The notes: generated from the sequence alone by a model not told the origin. A stretch of DNA of 64,000 nt from Acidobacteriota bacterium (GCA_963666215.2 CAXWPL010000003.1:64001-128000), one strand, 5' to 3'; numbered from the stretch's first letter, positions 27,485 through 41,041 are shown. A program made the numbers and translations.

Positions 27485-30400
27485 CTAGGCCGGCCGCCCG
27501 AGATAGGCGCGCAGCTGAGGTGGAATCGTGCGGCGGACGAGCGCCTGTTGCAGCTTCCACTGGGTGGCGGGATCGAACTCAGCGAGAAACCGCACCTTGC
27601 CCGACTCGCGAACGGCAACAGGGAAACCGTCGCGGAAGAGAACTCGGTTGTCGACGAGCGCCGCGACGCGGTCGCCGGGTGTGATGACGCCAACGAGATT
27701 GAGCGGGTCGGCGGCGCTGATCGAAATGAGGCTGCTGTCGTCGTGCTCTCGGCGGGCGGCGCGAAGCTTGCCAATGGCCTCGGGGAGCGCGTACTGCTCG
27801 CCGGAGAAGCCGGCGACGAAGCGACCACCGCGAATGTCGCCACGAGCTTCGAGGCGCCGATAGATGCGAACCAGGTCGCGCCACGGCGGCAGGCCGCTCT
27901 CGCGTTGCAGCAGGCGTGGGAACACAACGCCGTAGCGGAGTAGTAGAACCCGCGCGACGATCTCGACGTCTTCCTCGGTGCCGCCGCGGTTGGCCTCACC
28001 CGCAGAGCCGACGCCAGGAATGGTCGACCATCGGCCTGCGTTTTCCATGCCGAAAACCGCAACCGTGCCCTTGCGACGGCCACCGCGGGGCGGTCGGCGT
28101 CGGCTCGAAGGCACAAGAAGCGCGCGCAGCCCGGTGAAGGAATCGGCGGTAACCCGACCCCAGGATGCGAGCTCGGCCAACCCCTGCTCCACCTGACTCT
28201 GCAGGAGCCCCGAGTGCGTCACGAGATCTTGGAAGAATGAGGCTCCTTCGGCTTCGAGGACGTCGAGCACTTTCGCGGCCTCGCGCGACAATTCCATGTC
28301 GACCCGACCCTCTGGTGTACGTGAGGCGAAGCTCTTCCAGGTTGCGGTGTAGGTGCGTCGCAGGAGCGCGATCGGAGTCGAGCGCACGGGGCCTGTCCGA
28401 CGCTTGGGGTGTCCGGCATCGTCGCTCGAGATCGCTGCAAGAAGCGCGGGAGATGCGTCGGCTGCAACCGATTCTTCGGTCTTGTCCGACTGCTCGGACC
28501 GCGCTGGTCGCATGCGCGACGTCGAAAGCCGGTCATCGGAGAGCGCGAGCCGAGGAACCGTTCGGCGGCTCCACGTGAAGCGGCCCGACAGGCAAAGTGC
28601 GTCGAGCCAGACGGGGTCGTACTTCATCAGGCGTGCCGGCAGGATCTCCGACTCCCAGGCGACGGCCGGAGACTCGAAGCCCTCGAGCTGATCGAGCAAG
28701 GCTGAGAGGCTCTCTGGACCTTCGGCACGATCACGCCGATCGAGACGTTGCCAGCGCAGCAGGAAGCGCATGAGGTCGGCGGCTCCGACGGGCTCGATCT
28801 CGGCACGCAAGCGGTTGAGCGTGTAGCGGTGAATGCGGGCCAGCAGCCTGCGCTCACACCACTGAACAGGAAGAGACTGCGCCCTTGACGTCTCACCTTT
28901 GTCGAGCGCCGGCTGAGATTGAGGGGCGGCAGGGGCACGGCTGAACTGGCCGCGGAAAACAAAGCCCTCACTCTCGAGCGCGAGCAGGGCCGCGTCCACT
29001 TTGCCTGTCGGCACACCAAGGCTCGACGCGACCTCGGCCGCGGTCACGGGGCCAAGCGCCTGCAGTCTGCCGCGCAGTAACTCTACGAGCGCGACCGCCG
29101 GCTCCCATTCGCGATCGCAGCGAGTCGGGATTTCTACGCGGAGCCCGTTCTCTTGAACGAGCCGGTTCTTCTTAGCGCTCGCGGCAGACCCCGATGTCGT
29201 CGGCGGAACAAACGACGCCACCGCCTCGAGCTCTGGAAGGCGCTCCGCCGCCACACACAAGATTGGAGCGCCTGAGCCCAACCGCACGCACGTTGCGCGC
29301 GACGCCTCAGCCAGCTCGCTCAACAGACCGTCGCGACTCGGGCTCGCCGACGCTACCTCGGCGGCGGTCAGAAACCCGTGCAACAACAGTGCGTCGTGGA
29401 GATCGTCGGCCGTTTCGCGGAAAATGGCACCGGAATCGGCGTCGGGCGCGAAACTCGACAGCGGCCAGGCCTCCTGGCGAACCCGCTCGATGGCCTCGGG
29501 ATCGAGGGCACTGAGATCGTCAGCGCTCTGCGGATCGGTCCAGCGACGTGTGCGGATGGCCTGGGTGCGACGCTCCTCGAGCGGCGCGTCGTCGAGGAAG
29601 GCGTAGGGACGTGCACCAATGATCTCGTGCGCCAACGGCGACGGCTCACGAACGTCGAGCGCCACCAGGCGTTTGTTACCTGCGGCGATCTCGGTGAGGA
29701 CCTCCTCGAATTCGTCGAAGTCCATCGCTTCTCGCAGACAATCCTCGATCGTCTGCGCAACCAGTGGATGGTCCGGAATCTCGCGATCCCCGGCGATGTT
29801 CTCGAGGCAGGCAAGCTGATCGGGAAAAACGACGGCCAGCAGGTCTTCGGCGTCCATGCGCTGCAGCTGCGGCGCCAGCCACTTGCCGCCCACCCAGCGC
29901 TTGACGGCCAGCGCACGCGACGCATTCCAACGCCAACGCACCGGGAACATCGGTGCGTCGAGGAAAGCCTGCACCAACTTGTCGCGAACGCTACCCGGCT
30001 TGAGGTAGTTGAAAACATCATCGAGCGGAAAGCTGTGTGTCGGGCCCAGGGAGAGGATCAGGGCGTCGTCGGTGGCTGCCGCCTGCAGTTCGAAGTTGAA
30101 CGTGCGGCAGAACACCTTGCGCAGCGACAGGCCCCAAGCTCGATTGACGCGTGTACCGAAGGGCGAGTGCACCACCATGTGCATGTCGCCCGCTTCGTCG
30201 AAGAAACGTTCGATCACGATCGACTTGCGTGTCGGCATCACGCCGAGCGACCTACGGCCGGCCGCCAGATACTCAACCGTCGCCGTCGCCGCCACGGAAT
30301 CGACGCCAACCTCATCGACGAGCCACCCGATCGCGGGCTCGAGGTCGTCGACGGCCACCCCGAGACGCTCGTCGATCTCCGACCGCAACCGAGAGACGGC

Positions 30401-32233
30401 TTGCGACAGCTCCTTGGTACGCCCCGGGGCCTCGCCCAACCAGAACGGCAACGTCGGTGGAAGCCCGTGCGCGTCTTCCACTCGCACCGTGCCTGTCTCG
30501 ATGCGCAGAATGCGCCACGAGGTGTTGCCGAGCTGCACGATGTCGCCAGGCATGCTCTCGATCGAAAAATCCTCGTCGAGCGAGCCCACGACGATACCCG
30601 CCGGCTCCTGAATCACCTTGAACTCGAAGGTATCGGGGATCGCCCCACCGCAGGTCAGAGCCGTTAGGCGGGCCCCACGGCGTGCCCGAATGCGACCGTT
30701 GACGGCATCGAGATGCGGATAGGCGCCACGACGCCCGCGACGCGTACTGAACCCCTGTGCCAGCATCTCGACGACTTCGTCGAAGCGTTCGCGCTTCAGA
30801 TCGCGGTACGGGTAGGCGCGGACGACGCGTTCGTAGAGCTCCGTTTCGTCGATCGGCTCGTCGCCCAACGAGGCGACCCAGGCAACGATCTGCTGCGCCA
30901 GGATGTCGAGCGGCTGCTCGGGAATGATCAGGCGGTCGAGCTCACCTCTGCGCGCGGCGTCGAGCGCGGCGACGCACTCCACCAGGTCGTCGCGGGTCGA
31001 CGGAAAGATCCTGCCCTTGGGGAGGCCATCGATCGAATGGCCGGAACGCCCAACGCGCTGCAGCAGCGTGGCAATTGAGCGAGGCGAGCCAATCTGGACC
31101 ACCAGGTCGACCGCGCCGATGTCGATCCCGAGCTCGAGCGACGCGGTCGCAACCAAGGCGCGGAGCTCGCCGCTCTTCAACGCCTGCTCTGCTTCCAGCC
31201 GCTGCTCGCGCGACAGGCTGCCGTGGTGCGAGGTCACCAAGGCCGCGGACTTCGACTTCGAGTGACCCGTCGGCGGCGGCGCCCCGACCGCTCCCTCGAA
31301 GCCCTCTGGCTCGTCGAGCCGCTCGGCCAGATGCTTGGCGGCGCGCTCTGCCAGACGCCTCGTGTTGACGAAGATCAGCGTGGTCCGATGCTCGCGAACG
31401 AGGTCGGCGAGACGATCGTAGACCTCGGCCCAGACCTCGTTCGACATCACCGCCTCGAGCGGAGAGCGCGGCATTTCGATGGCGATGTCCATCGCTCGAC
31501 GGTGGCCCCCATCGACGATGTCGCAATCCGCAGTGGCGCCGGCATCGAGATTCCCCTGCCCCACCAGGTAGCGGGCTACGAGCTCGATGGGGCGCTGGGT
31601 TGCCGAAAGACCGATGCGCTGTAGCCTGCGACCGCCGCCGCGAGCCTCGATGAGCGCCTCGAGGCGCTCCATCGTCAGCGACAGATGCGAGCCGCGCTTG
31701 TCGTCGGCAATCGCATGGATCTCGTCGACGATCAGGGTGTGCGCCGTGCCCAGCATCCGACGACCACCGTCGGAGGTGAGTAGGAGGTACAGCGACTCGG
31801 GCGTCGTCACCAGCACGTGCGGCGGGTGCTTCACCATTGCAGCGCGCTCCGAGGGCGAGGTGTCACCGGTGCGCACCTGCGTGCGGATCGCCACGTCCTC
31901 GTGGCCGAGCTCGAGTAACTCTCGACCGATTCCCTCGAGTGGGACCTGCAGGTTCTTCTGGATGTCGTTGCTCAACGCCTTGAGCGGCGACACGTAGACA
32001 ACCTGGACGCCCTCCTCCAGCTCGCCGGCGACCGCCTGGCGCACGAGATCGTCGATAGCGGCGAGGAAGGCCGCAAGAGTCTTGCCGGAGCCGGTGGGCG
32101 CGGCGATGAGCGTGTGCCGCCCGGCCTGAATCGGGGCCCAGCCGCGACGCTGAGGCTCGGTGGGCCCGTCGAACACGCGCTCAAACCACTGCTGTACCGC
32201 GGGATGAAAGTGGTACCCGGCATCGGCGGTCAT
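27485..32233 (-). CDS. lhr: Large helicase-related SF2 helicase, full length with C-terminal domain
   Basis: [49 protein letters not shown] and C-terminal [17 protein letters not shown]; 1582 aa. Confidence 0.93.
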   Translation of the reverse strand: MTADAGYHFHPAVQQWFERVFDGPTEPQRRGWAPIQAGRHTLIAAPTGSGKTLAAFLAAIDDLVRQAVAGELEEGVQVVYVSPLKALSNDIQKNLQVPLEGIGRELLELGHEDVAIRTQVRTGDTSPSERAAMVKHPPHVLVTTPESLYLLLTSDGGRRMLGTAHTLIVDEIHAIADDKRGSHLSLTMERLEALIEARGGGRRLQRIGLSATQRPIELVARYLVGQGNLDAGATADCDIVDGGHRRAMDIAIEMPRSPLEAVMSNEVWAEVYDRLADLVREHRTTLIFVNTRRLAERAAKHLAERLDEPEGFEGAVGAPPPTGHSKSKSAALVTSHHGSLSREQRLEAEQALKSGELRALVATASLELGIDIGAVDLVVQIGSPRSIATLLQRVGRSGHSIDGLPKGRIFPSTRDDLVECVAALDAARRGELDRLIIPEQPLDILAQQIVAWVASLGDEPIDETELYERVVRAYPYRDLKRERFDEVVEMLAQGFSTRRGRRGAYPHLDAVNGRIRARRGARLTALTCGGAIPDTFEFKVIQEPAGIVVGSLDEDFSIESMPGDIVQLGNTSWRILRIETGTVRVEDAHGLPPTLPFWLGEAPGRTKELSQAVSRLRSEIDERLGVAVDDLEPAIGWLVDEVGVDSVAATATVEYLAAGRRSLGVMPTRKSIVIERFFDEAGDMHMVVHSPFGTRVNRAWGLSLRKVFCRTFNFELQAAATDDALILSLGPTHSFPLDDVFNYLKPGSVRDKLVQAFLDAPMFPVRWRWNASRALAVKRWVGGKWLAPQLQRMDAEDLLAVVFPDQLACLENIAGDREIPDHPLVAQTIEDCLREAMDFDEFEEVLTEIAAGNKRLVALDVREPSPLAHEIIGARPYAFLDDAPLEERRTQAIRTRRWTDPQSADDLSALDPEAIERVRQEAWPLSSFAPDADSGAIFRETADDLHDALLLHGFLTAAEVASASPSRDGLLSELAEASRATCVRLGSGAPILCVAAERLPELEAVASFVPPTTSGSAASAKKNRLVQENGLRVEIPTRCDREWEPAVALVELLRGRLQALGPVTAAEVASSLGVPTGKVDAALLALESEGFVFRGQFSRAPAAPQSQPALDKGETSRAQSLPVQWCERRLLARIHRYTLNRLRAEIEPVGAADLMRFLLRWQRLDRRDRAEGPESLSALLDQLEGFESPAVAWESEILPARLMKYDPVWLDALCLSGRFTWSRRTVPRLALSDDRLSTSRMRPARSEQSDKTEESVAADASPALLAAISSDDAGHPKRRTGPVRSTPIALLRRTYTATWKSFASRTPEGRVDMELSREAAKVLDVLEAEGASFFQDLVTHSGLLQSQVEQGLAELASWGRVTADSFTGLRALLVPSSRRRPPRGGRRKGTVAVFGMENAGRWSTIPGVGSAGEANRGGTEEDVEIVARVLLLRYGVVFPRLLQRESGLPPWRDLVRIYRRLEARGDIRGGRFVAGFSGEQYALPEAIGKLRAARREHDDSSLISISAADPLNLVGVITPGDRVAALVDNRVLFRDGFPVAVRESGKVRFLAEFDPATQWKLQQALVRRTIPPQLRAYLGRPA

Positions 32234-32378
32234 GTCAGTGAAAGGCCTTCGGAGGTGCGTCGGCTGTCGTCATGGATCTCGATCTGGCTCGGGGGCGACT
32301 GGAGCCGCGGCAACCGAGCTGAGATATTGGTGCCGCCCCGCCCCGAGGAATCTCTCCAGGGGCGTCCCAGGAGGTGTG

Positions 32379-34031
32379 ATGCGCGGCTTGATGATGGATG
32401 TGCCGCTAACGGTTCGCATGCTACTCGACCGAGCCGAAGCTTTGTTCGGCGATCGCGAGATCGTCTCGCGGCGGCCCAATCGCTCCGTTCATCGGACCGA
32501 TCTGGGAACCGTTGTGGGGCGCTCGCGCCGACTCGCCGCCGCGCTCCAGGGCCTGGGGATCGAGCGTGGCGACCGGGTCGCGACGCTGGCTTGGAATCAC
32601 CACCAGCATCTGGAGGCCTACCTCGGAGTGCCCTCGATGGGCGCCGTGTTGCACACGCTCAACCTGCGACTGCACCCCGACGATCTGCTCTACATCATCA
32701 ATCATGCAGGCGACCGCGTCCTCCTCGTCGACGAGGTGCTTCTGCCGCTGCTGGCCAGCATCCCTGACCTCGAATCGAAGACAAAGGTCGAGCACATCGT
32801 CGTGATGTCGCAAGCAGAGACGTCGATCGACGACGCGCGCCCGCGCGCCGACGGCTACCTCGACTACGAGCAGATGCTGGCAGCCGCGCCCGCCGATTTT
32901 GAGGCACCGGCAATCGACGAGCTCGACGCGGCGACGATGTGCTACACGTCGGGAACCACGGGTCGACCGAAGGGCGTCGTTTACTCGCACCGCTCGACCC
33001 TGTTGCACGCACTCGCCGTGTCGCTCCCCGACTCGCTGGCCATCGGCGAGCACACCGTGTGCCTGCCGGTGGTGCCGATGTTCCACGTCAATGCCTGGGG
33101 CCTTCCCTACGCTTGCACGATGGCGGGCGCCAAGCAGGTGTTCCCCGGCCCGCACATGGACGCCGCCAGCATCTGCGAGCTGCTCGCAAGCGAGCGCGTA
33201 ACCCTCACCGGAGGCGTGCCGACGATTTGGATGGGCATCCTCGAGCATCTCGACGGCGGCGAACCCGGCTACGACCTCAGCGCCATTGAGATGATGGCAG
33301 TTGGAGGAGCCGCCGTCCCCGAGGCGGTGATCGCGGCGTTCGAGCAGCGCCATGGATTGCGCGTGGTTCACGCCTGGGGCATGACCGAAACCTCCCCGCT
33401 CGGCACCGTGAGCAACCTCGGTCCGCGCCACGCCGAGCTCAGCGCAGACGAGGTGATGTCGCTGCGCTCGCGCCAGGGACGCATGGTGCCGCTGGTCGAG
33501 GTGCGAGCACGAAGTGACGACGGCGCCGTTCCGTGGGACGCCTCGACGATGGGCGAGCTCGAGGTGCGCGGGCCATGCGTGGCGGGCGCGTACTACGACG
33601 ACGACTCGCAGGCCGACCGCTTCACCGAAGACGGCTGGTTCCGTACCGGCGACATCGTCACCATTGATCCCGAGGGGTACATTCGCATCGAAGATCGGTC
33701 GAAAGACGTCATCAAATCGGGCGGCGAGTGGATCAGCTCGATCGCCCTCGAGAACGCGATCATGGCGCACCCGAGTGTTGAGGAAGCGGCGGTAATTCCG
33801 GTTGCCCACCCGCGATGGCAGGAGCGTCCACTGGCCGTGATCGTCCCGGCCAGCGCCGAGCCGGCGATCGAGATCGACGAGCTGCGCGAGTTCCTGGCGC
33901 CGCACTTTGCCAGCTGGTGGCTGCCGGACGCCGTCGAGGCGGTCGAGGAGATCCCGCGGACCTCGACCGGTAAGTTCCTGAAATCGGCGCTGCGCGAGCG
34001 CTTCCGCGACTACGAGCTTACGGACTCGTAG
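32379..34031 (+). CDS. Medium/long-chain fatty-acid-CoA ligase (AlkK/DmdB-like)
   Basis: YTSGTTGRPKG, PMFHVNAWGLPY, WGMTE and DRSKDVIKSGGEWISS. AGGAGG precedes ATG 32379. Confidence 0.92.
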   Translation: MRGLMMDVPLTVRMLLDRAEALFGDREIVSRRPNRSVHRTDLGTVVGRSRRLAAALQGLGIERGDRVATLAWNHHQHLEAYLGVPSMGAVLHTLNLRLHPDDLLYIINHAGDRVLLVDEVLLPLLASIPDLESKTKVEHIVVMSQAETSIDDARPRADGYLDYEQMLAAAPADFEAPAIDELDAATMCYTSGTTGRPKGVVYSHRSTLLHALAVSLPDSLAIGEHTVCLPVVPMFHVNAWGLPYACTMAGAKQVFPGPHMDAASICELLASERVTLTGGVPTIWMGILEHLDGGEPGYDLSAIEMMAVGGAAVPEAVIAAFEQRHGLRVVHAWGMTETSPLGTVSNLGPRHAELSADEVMSLRSRQGRMVPLVEVRARSDDGAVPWDASTMGELEVRGPCVAGAYYDDDSQADRFTEDGWFRTGDIVTIDPEGYIRIEDRSKDVIKSGGEWISSIALENAIMAHPSVEEAAVIPVAHPRWQERPLAVIVPASAEPAIEIDELREFLAPHFASWWLPDAVEAVEEIPRTSTGKFLKSALRERFRDYELTDS

Positions 34032-34054
34032 CCCCCGTCCTACGAAGGCAGCCC

Positions 34055-35008
34055 ATGAACGAGCCGCGGCAGATTGCCAGCGCCACCCATCTGATAGACG
34101 TCCACTTCCTGGGACACCCCGACTACATCGGCTGCTACGTGCTCACGTCGGAAGCAGGCGTTGCGCTCATCGATCCGGGCCCGACCTCGACGCTCGTAGA
34201 GCTGCGCGCCGGCCTCGATCAACTCGGGATCGACGTGCGAGATGTTCGTTGGCTACTGCTGACGCACATCCACCTCGACCATGCGGCGGCCAGCGGAAGC
34301 CTGGTGCGACTCAACCCCTCGATGCGGGTGTACGTCCATTCACGCGGCGCCCGCCACATGATTGACCCCGATCGATTGATCGCCAGCGCCACGCGCTTGT
34401 ACGGCGATCAGATGGACACGATGTGGGGGGAGTTCCTGCCGGTGCCCGAGGCCAACGTCGTCGCCCTCGACGGTGGCGAAACGCTCGAGATCGCAGGACG
34501 TTGGCTGCAGGTCGCCTACACCCCCGGCCACGCGTCGCACCACGTCAGCTACTTCGACGATTCGACCCAACACGCGTACATCGGTGACACAGCTGGCATT
34601 CGCATCGACAATCGCCCTCGGGTCATGCCGGTCACGCCGCCGCCCGACATCGACCTCGGCGCTTGGCCCAAGAGCATCGAGGCGATCCGCTCGTGGAATC
34701 CGAGCGTGCTGTGCCCCACGCACTTCGGGCCGGCGCATCCGGTTGACGATCACCTCGACGAGCACGAGGCGCGACTGCGGCGCTGGGCCGCGATTGTGCG
34801 GGCCGACGTCGATGACTCCGATTCAGCCGGCGATGCCTTCAGCGCCGAGCGCTTCGACAGCGAAGAGCGGAGTCGGCTGGTTCGCGCGCTCGGCGAAGAG
34901 GACGGCGCGCACTACCTCCGGGGTGGCGGACTCTCCGACTCCTGGTTCGGTCTTGCGCGCCACTTCCGCAAGCTTGCCGAGCAGCGAAGCGACGGTCCTC
35001 GCGACTGA
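34055..35008 (+). CDS. MBL-fold metallo-hydrolase
   Basis: THIHLDH, TPGHASHH, GD and THFG motifs. Confidence 0.92.
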   Translation: MNEPRQIASATHLIDVHFLGHPDYIGCYVLTSEAGVALIDPGPTSTLVELRAGLDQLGIDVRDVRWLLLTHIHLDHAAASGSLVRLNPSMRVYVHSRGARHMIDPDRLIASATRLYGDQMDTMWGEFLPVPEANVVALDGGETLEIAGRWLQVAYTPGHASHHVSYFDDSTQHAYIGDTAGIRIDNRPRVMPVTPPPDIDLGAWPKSIEAIRSWNPSVLCPTHFGPAHPVDDHLDEHEARLRRWAAIVRADVDDSDSAGDAFSAERFDSEERSRLVRALGEEDGAHYLRGGGLSDSWFGLARHFRKLAEQRSDGPRD

Positions 35009-35062
35009 GTCCGCGAGCGCCTCAGCTCGCCAAGACCGGCGATGGCACCGAAAAGCAGCCGG

Positions 35063-36568
<1,506 letters not shown>

Positions 36569-36669
36569 GGCTACGCGCCCGTTGCCTGTTGGCCCCGAAG
36601 GTCGGTCATCGAAACGGCGCTGAGACTATCATCTCGTTTCCAGCCTCCGCATTCCCTGAGGTAGATCCT

Positions 36670-37549
36670 ATGCAGCAGACCGAACGCATCACGGTGATCG
36701 GCGCCGGGACGATGGGTCACGGCATTGCTCAGGTAGCCGCTCAGGCGGGCTACACGATAACTCTCTACGACATCACGGTGGAGCTGGCGGAAGCCGGGTT
36801 GGAGCGCGTCCGCGCCAACCTCGACAAGGGAATCGAGCGCGGCAAGGTGACCGCTGAGCAGCGCCGCCGCTCTCAGTCGTCTGGCCTCGTCGGGCGATCT
36901 GCCCATCGCCGTTGATCAGGCCGATCTCGTAATCGAGGCCGTCCCAGAGAAGCTCGAGCTCAAGCACGAGGTCTTCAAGACGGTGAGCTCACACGCACCC
37001 TCGGGTGCTGTGCTCGCTACCAATACGAGCTCGCTGAGCGTCGCGTCGATCGCCCAGGCCGTGAGCCGTCCGGATCGGCTCATCGGAATGCACTTCTTCA
37101 ATCCGGTGCACATCATGGAGCTGCTCGAGATCGTTGTGCACGATCGAACGTCGCCGCAAACGCTCGAGACGGCACGGGCGGTGGGCGCCGCGATGGGCAA
37201 GACGGCGATCGTCGTCAGAGATTCGCCCGGCTTCGCCACCAGCCGCCTCGGCATCGCGCTCGGCCTCGAGGCGATGCGAATGCTCGAGTCGGGAGTCGCG
37301 AGCGCCGAGGACATCGACACTGCGATGGAGCTCGGCTACCGACACCCCATGGGGCCGCTCGAGCTCACCGATCTGGTGGGACTCGACGTTCGACTCGAGA
37401 TCGCGGAATACCTGCACGACAAGCTCGACGGCCGCGGAAAAAGCGGCAACGCCCGCTTCGAGCCGCCGGAGATCCTGCGAGACCTGGTGGCGGAAGGAAA
37501 TCTAGGCAAGAAGTCCGGGCGCGGCTTCTACGATTGGCCGGAGTCGTAG
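36670..37549 (+). pseudogene. 3-hydroxybutyryl/3-hydroxyacyl-CoA dehydrogenase, frameshifted at about 36862
   Basis: VIGAGTMGHGIAQ in one frame; DLVIEAVPE, ATNTSSLS, GMHFFNP and HPMGPLEL.DLVGLD in the next. Confidence 0.88.
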
Positions 37550-38205
37550 GCCTCGCTGACCTCGTAGCGGCGATAAATCGCGTAGTCACCCTGCGGATAA
37601 CCGACCCCGCGCGCAACCCGGCTGAGGTAGGCCGTCTTGTCGAACATGTAGTCGAGCTGTGGGTTGTAGTAGATCACCCAAAGGTCGTGCGACGTGCTCG
37701 CCAACCACTCCTTGAAGCGCAAGAGCACCCGCGCCATCTGTCGCGCTCGGAACGGATTGAACAGGTACACCACCGTCGGCTGGTCGGGCAGATCGAGCTT
37801 CGCGGCGTCCTGGTGCCGCAGCTCGATGTCGCAAGCCTGCGTGGCGTCACCACGGGCTTTGCGCCAGCACGCGACGTTGCGGCAGGCAACGCGATGCAGC
37901 GCAGCCGATGCCTCGACCCCCACAACGCCAGCGAAAGGAATCGAGGCCGCCAGCAACGTGGCGCGCCCCTTGCCGGAGCCAATGTCGACGAACGCGTAGT
38001 CCTGGTGGCGAATCGGCAGCTCGCGCACCATCACCAGGAATGCATCGGTGTCGCTGGCCTCGTAGCCGACGCTCTGCACCGCAACCTCGCCGAGGTGACC
38101 CAAGCGCTCGGCGCGAATCTCGCCTGAGGTGTCGGTGCCGTAACGGCTGTCGAAGTCCAGCTCCAGCGGGCCACCGGAGCCGGGGCCTGACGTCACGCTC
38201 GGCAT
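37528..38205 (-). CDS. Class I SAM-dependent methyltransferase
   Basis: FVDIGSGKGR, GVE, QDA and YLFNPF motifs. Confidence 0.85.
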   Translation of the reverse strand: MPSVTSGPGSGGPLELDFDSRYGTDTSGEIRAERLGHLGEVAVQSVGYEASDTDAFLVMVRELPIRHQDYAFVDIGSGKGRATLLAASIPFAGVVGVEASAALHRVACRNVACWRKARGDATQACDIELRHQDAAKLDLPDQPTVVYLFNPFRARQMARVLLRFKEWLASTSHDLWVIYYNPQLDYMFDKTAYLSRVARGVGYPQGDYAIYRRYEVSEAYDSGQS

Positions 38206-38278
38206 GGGCGCGATGCTACGCCGTGTACGTCATGGGTATAGATCAGCGCCCGCAGCACCGCGATTGCCAGCGTGGGAG

Positions 38279-38908
38279 CTATTCGGCGGACTCGGGCCGA
38301 TAGTGCGCCTCGATCTCGATTGATATCCGGACTTCCTGACCCACCAAGAATCCGCCGGTCTCGAGCGTGCGGTTCCACACCAGTCCAAAGTCTTCGCGGT
38401 TGATCCGAGTGGTAGCCGAGAACGCCGCCGACTGAACCATCGCACCTCTGTTCTCCCGCTCCACCATCCCCCCGAGCTCGGCTCCCAGCGTCACCGATTG
38501 GGTGACACCCCGGATGGTGAGATCGCCGTCGATCTCGTAGAACCCCTCACCGATGTCGCGCGTTGTAGTGCTGACGAACGTCAACTCCGGATGCTCGGTG
38601 ACGTGAAGGAAGTCCTCCGACCGCAGGTGGTCGTCGCGGCTCTCGTTGGGAGTGTTGATGCTCGCCGCATCGATGGTCACCGAAACGCTCGAAGCGCTCG
38701 GGTCGTCGGGATCGAAGTTGAAAACGCCTGAAAAGGTGTCGAACCGGCCACTGACCATCGGAATCCCCAGGTGCCGAACCTTGAACTCAACGGCGCTGTG
38801 GTTCAGGTCGATGGTGTACTCGACAACATCGAGCGCCTGGCTGGGAACGACGACGGCAACGGTGGCTACCGCGGCGATCAGCAGCGCGGATCGTGCTCGG
38901 ATCTTCAT
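38279..38908 (-). CDS. YceI-family polyisoprenoid-binding protein
   Basis: Signal peptide, HSAVEFKVRHLG, RDDHLRSEDF, GDLTIRGVT and INREDFG. Confidence 0.93.
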   Translation of the reverse strand: MKIRARSALLIAAVATVAVVVPSQALDVVEYTIDLNHSAVEFKVRHLGIPMVSGRFDTFSGVFNFDPDDPSASSVSVTIDAASINTPNESRDDHLRSEDFLHVTEHPELTFVSTTTRDIGEGFYEIDGDLTIRGVTQSVTLGAELGGMVERENRGAMVQSAAFSATTRINREDFGLVWNRTLETGGFLVGQEVRISIEIEAHYRPESAE

Positions 38909-39090
38909 GTGAGCTTCCTTCAGGCGCGAGATCGAGCTTCTCTTGCGGCAGTCTAATCGTTCCGGCAGCGCGCATCCCGGCGCGCCGCAGGGGCCACAGT
39001 AGATCAGGAAAGCCGCGCTCGTCTGCCGGTGAATCGCGGCGCGCGGCCGTCGATCCTCCGATTGTGCCCCTAGCCAACGATGTGGCCTCG

Positions 39091-39455
39091 CTACCGGCCG
39101 GCGCCTGTCAGTTCTTTGGTTGCGAGCTCGATGCCCTGCCTGAGCATGGACACGAGCTGATCGATCTGGGCTCGGTCGATCACGAGCGGCGGAGACATCA
39201 CGCAGGTGTTGATCAACGGACGCACGAGAAGGCCGAGGCGCTGACAGTGCCGATCGACCAGGCGGCCGATCTCATAGTCCTGGCTGAGAACGGCGTCGTC
39301 GGCCCCCACGCCGCCAAGCGAGCACTCAACGGCGGCCATCAACCCGACACCACGAACCTCGGCAACAAGAGGCAGGTCGAGAAGCTCGCGAAGTCGCTCT
39401 TGAAAATAAGGACCGACGTCACGGACGTGCTCCAGGAGGCCGTTGCTCTCCATGA
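39091..39455 (-). pseudogene. Class III (omega-amino acid) aminotransferase, C-terminal fragment
   Basis: VAEVRGVGLMAAVE, GLLVRP and MSPPLVI. The PLP-lysine region and N-terminus are absent. Confidence 0.8.
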
Positions 39456-39459
39456 AGCT

Positions 39460-39625
39460 TCCAACGCGCTGGGCCGTGCAGAACTGGCAACAGGGCGACG
39501 TGGTGATGCGGGTTCCCGTGTTCGACATCGACGGTCATACGCTTTGGGGCGCCACCGCGATGGTTGTGGCAGAGCTGCTGACGCTGCTCGAGGCACCGCC
39601 CGCCCCCTGGAAGATCCCGGACTAG
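39460..39625 (+). pseudogene. Nudix CoA pyrophosphatase (NudL/PCD1-like), C-terminal fragment
   Basis: VPVFDIDGHTLWGATAMVVAEL is the family C-terminal signature; no Nudix box upstream. Confidence 0.7.
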
Positions 39626-39710
39626 CTGTCCCGGCCGGTCGGGTGGCGTCGCGAAGCCTGCGTTCCGCCGCGCGTTCGCCGGTGCGATGACCTCGGTATA
39701 GGCTTGCCGA

Positions 39711-40877
39711 ATGTCTGAAAACGAAAATAGAGGTAACCCGTCGACCGCAGCCCCGGGCGACACGAAACTCGATCGTCGGCGCTTCGTTCGCGGGGCCGCG
39801 GTATCAGCGCTTGCCGGCACCGCGACTGCTTGTTCCGGCGGTGAAGCCGGCGGGCCGGCGGTGCAGGCGACTCCGCGGGTACGATGGCGCCTGGCGTCGA
39901 GCTACCCACGCGGGCTCGACACGCTGTACGGCGTCAACGAGTATCTCGCCGAGCGCGTCGAGACCCTCTCGGAGGGCCGCTTCTCGATACGCCCCTACGC
40001 CGCCGGTGAAATCGTTCCGGGCCTCGAGGTCATGGACGCCGCGCAGCAGGGAACGGTCCAGGTCGGACATACGGCGAGCTACTACTACATTGGCAAGAAC
40101 CCGGCGCTGGCGTTCGACACCGGCGTACCGTTCGGCATGACCACGCGGCAGAAGTTCGCCTGGCTCTACGAGGCCGGCGGTGGCGAGCTCGTCAACCAGC
40201 TCTACGCTGACTTCAACATCCTCTCCTTTTCGGGCGGCAGCACCGGCACACAGATGGGCGGCTGGTTCCGCAACCAGCTCCACTCGCTCGACGACCTCAA
40301 CGGTCTCAGGATGCGCATCCCGGGCCTCGGCGGCGAGGTCATGCGTCGACTCGGCGTGACGGTTCAGGTGCTGGCTGGAGGCGACATTTACGCGTCGCTC
40401 GAGCGCGGCGCGATTGACGCCACCGAGTGGGTCGGGCCGTACGACGATGAGAAGCTCGGCTTCCAGCGCGTCGCCAGCAACTACTACTACCCCGGGTGGT
40501 GGGAGCCAGGACCCACGCTGGCGTTCATGGTCAACCGTGACGCCTGGGATGCGTTGCCGAGCACCTTCCAGGAGATCTTCCGCAGTGTGTCGATTGAGTC
40601 AGCGATGATCATGACGGCGCGCTACGACGCACTCAATCCGCCGGCGATGCAGCGGCTTCTGGCGGCAGGCGTGCAGATGCGCCCGTTCCCGAACGACATC
40701 ATGGTCGCTGCGCATCGGATTTCGTTTGAGCTCTACGAGGAACAGGCGGCGGCAGATCCTGCCTACCGCCGGATATACGAACAGTGGAAGGCGGCGCGCG
40801 CCTCGTTCTATGGCTGGTTCGACACCGCGGAGCAAGCGTACGCGAAATTCGCCTTTCCGCGGACAGGCGAGGTCTGA
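39711..40877 (+). CDS. dctP: TRAP transporter substrate-binding protein (TakP/2-oxoacid type), Tat signal
   Basis: DRRRFVRG, TQMGGWF, MRIPGLGG, DATEWVGPYDDEKLGF and YYPGWWEPG. Confidence 0.93.
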   Translation: MSENENRGNPSTAAPGDTKLDRRRFVRGAAVSALAGTATACSGGEAGGPAVQATPRVRWRLASSYPRGLDTLYGVNEYLAERVETLSEGRFSIRPYAAGEIVPGLEVMDAAQQGTVQVGHTASYYYIGKNPALAFDTGVPFGMTTRQKFAWLYEAGGGELVNQLYADFNILSFSGGSTGTQMGGWFRNQLHSLDDLNGLRMRIPGLGGEVMRRLGVTVQVLAGGDIYASLERGAIDATEWVGPYDDEKLGFQRVASNYYYPGWWEPGPTLAFMVNRDAWDALPSTFQEIFRSVSIESAMIMTARYDALNPPAMQRLLAAGVQMRPFPNDIMVAAHRISFELYEEQAAADPAYRRIYEQWKAARASFYGWFDTAEQAYAKFAFPRTGEV

Positions 40878-41041
40878 GCGGAGCCGCCCCGCCCAACGGC
40901 AACCGCGGGCTCGCCGGGACGCCCGGCGGGATCGCGTCCGAGCACGTCGAATGTGCCTCAGCCGACGTTTTCGCCGTGATGAGTCGCAGCCCGCTGAGCT
41001 AGACTCAGGCGATCTGGTTCAAAATCGCAGGCGCTCTCAAG

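Noticed and set aside
27450-27943. C-terminal half of ORF 27008..27943 as real protein
   Set aside because: It is the antisense read-through of the lhr 3' end after the RND fragment.
23216-32233. Anti-phage defence island (HerA plus helicase)
   Set aside because: No Sir2, nuclease, DNA methylase or other defence partner is visible. Lhr is a common repair helicase and is separated from and convergent to the ATPase.
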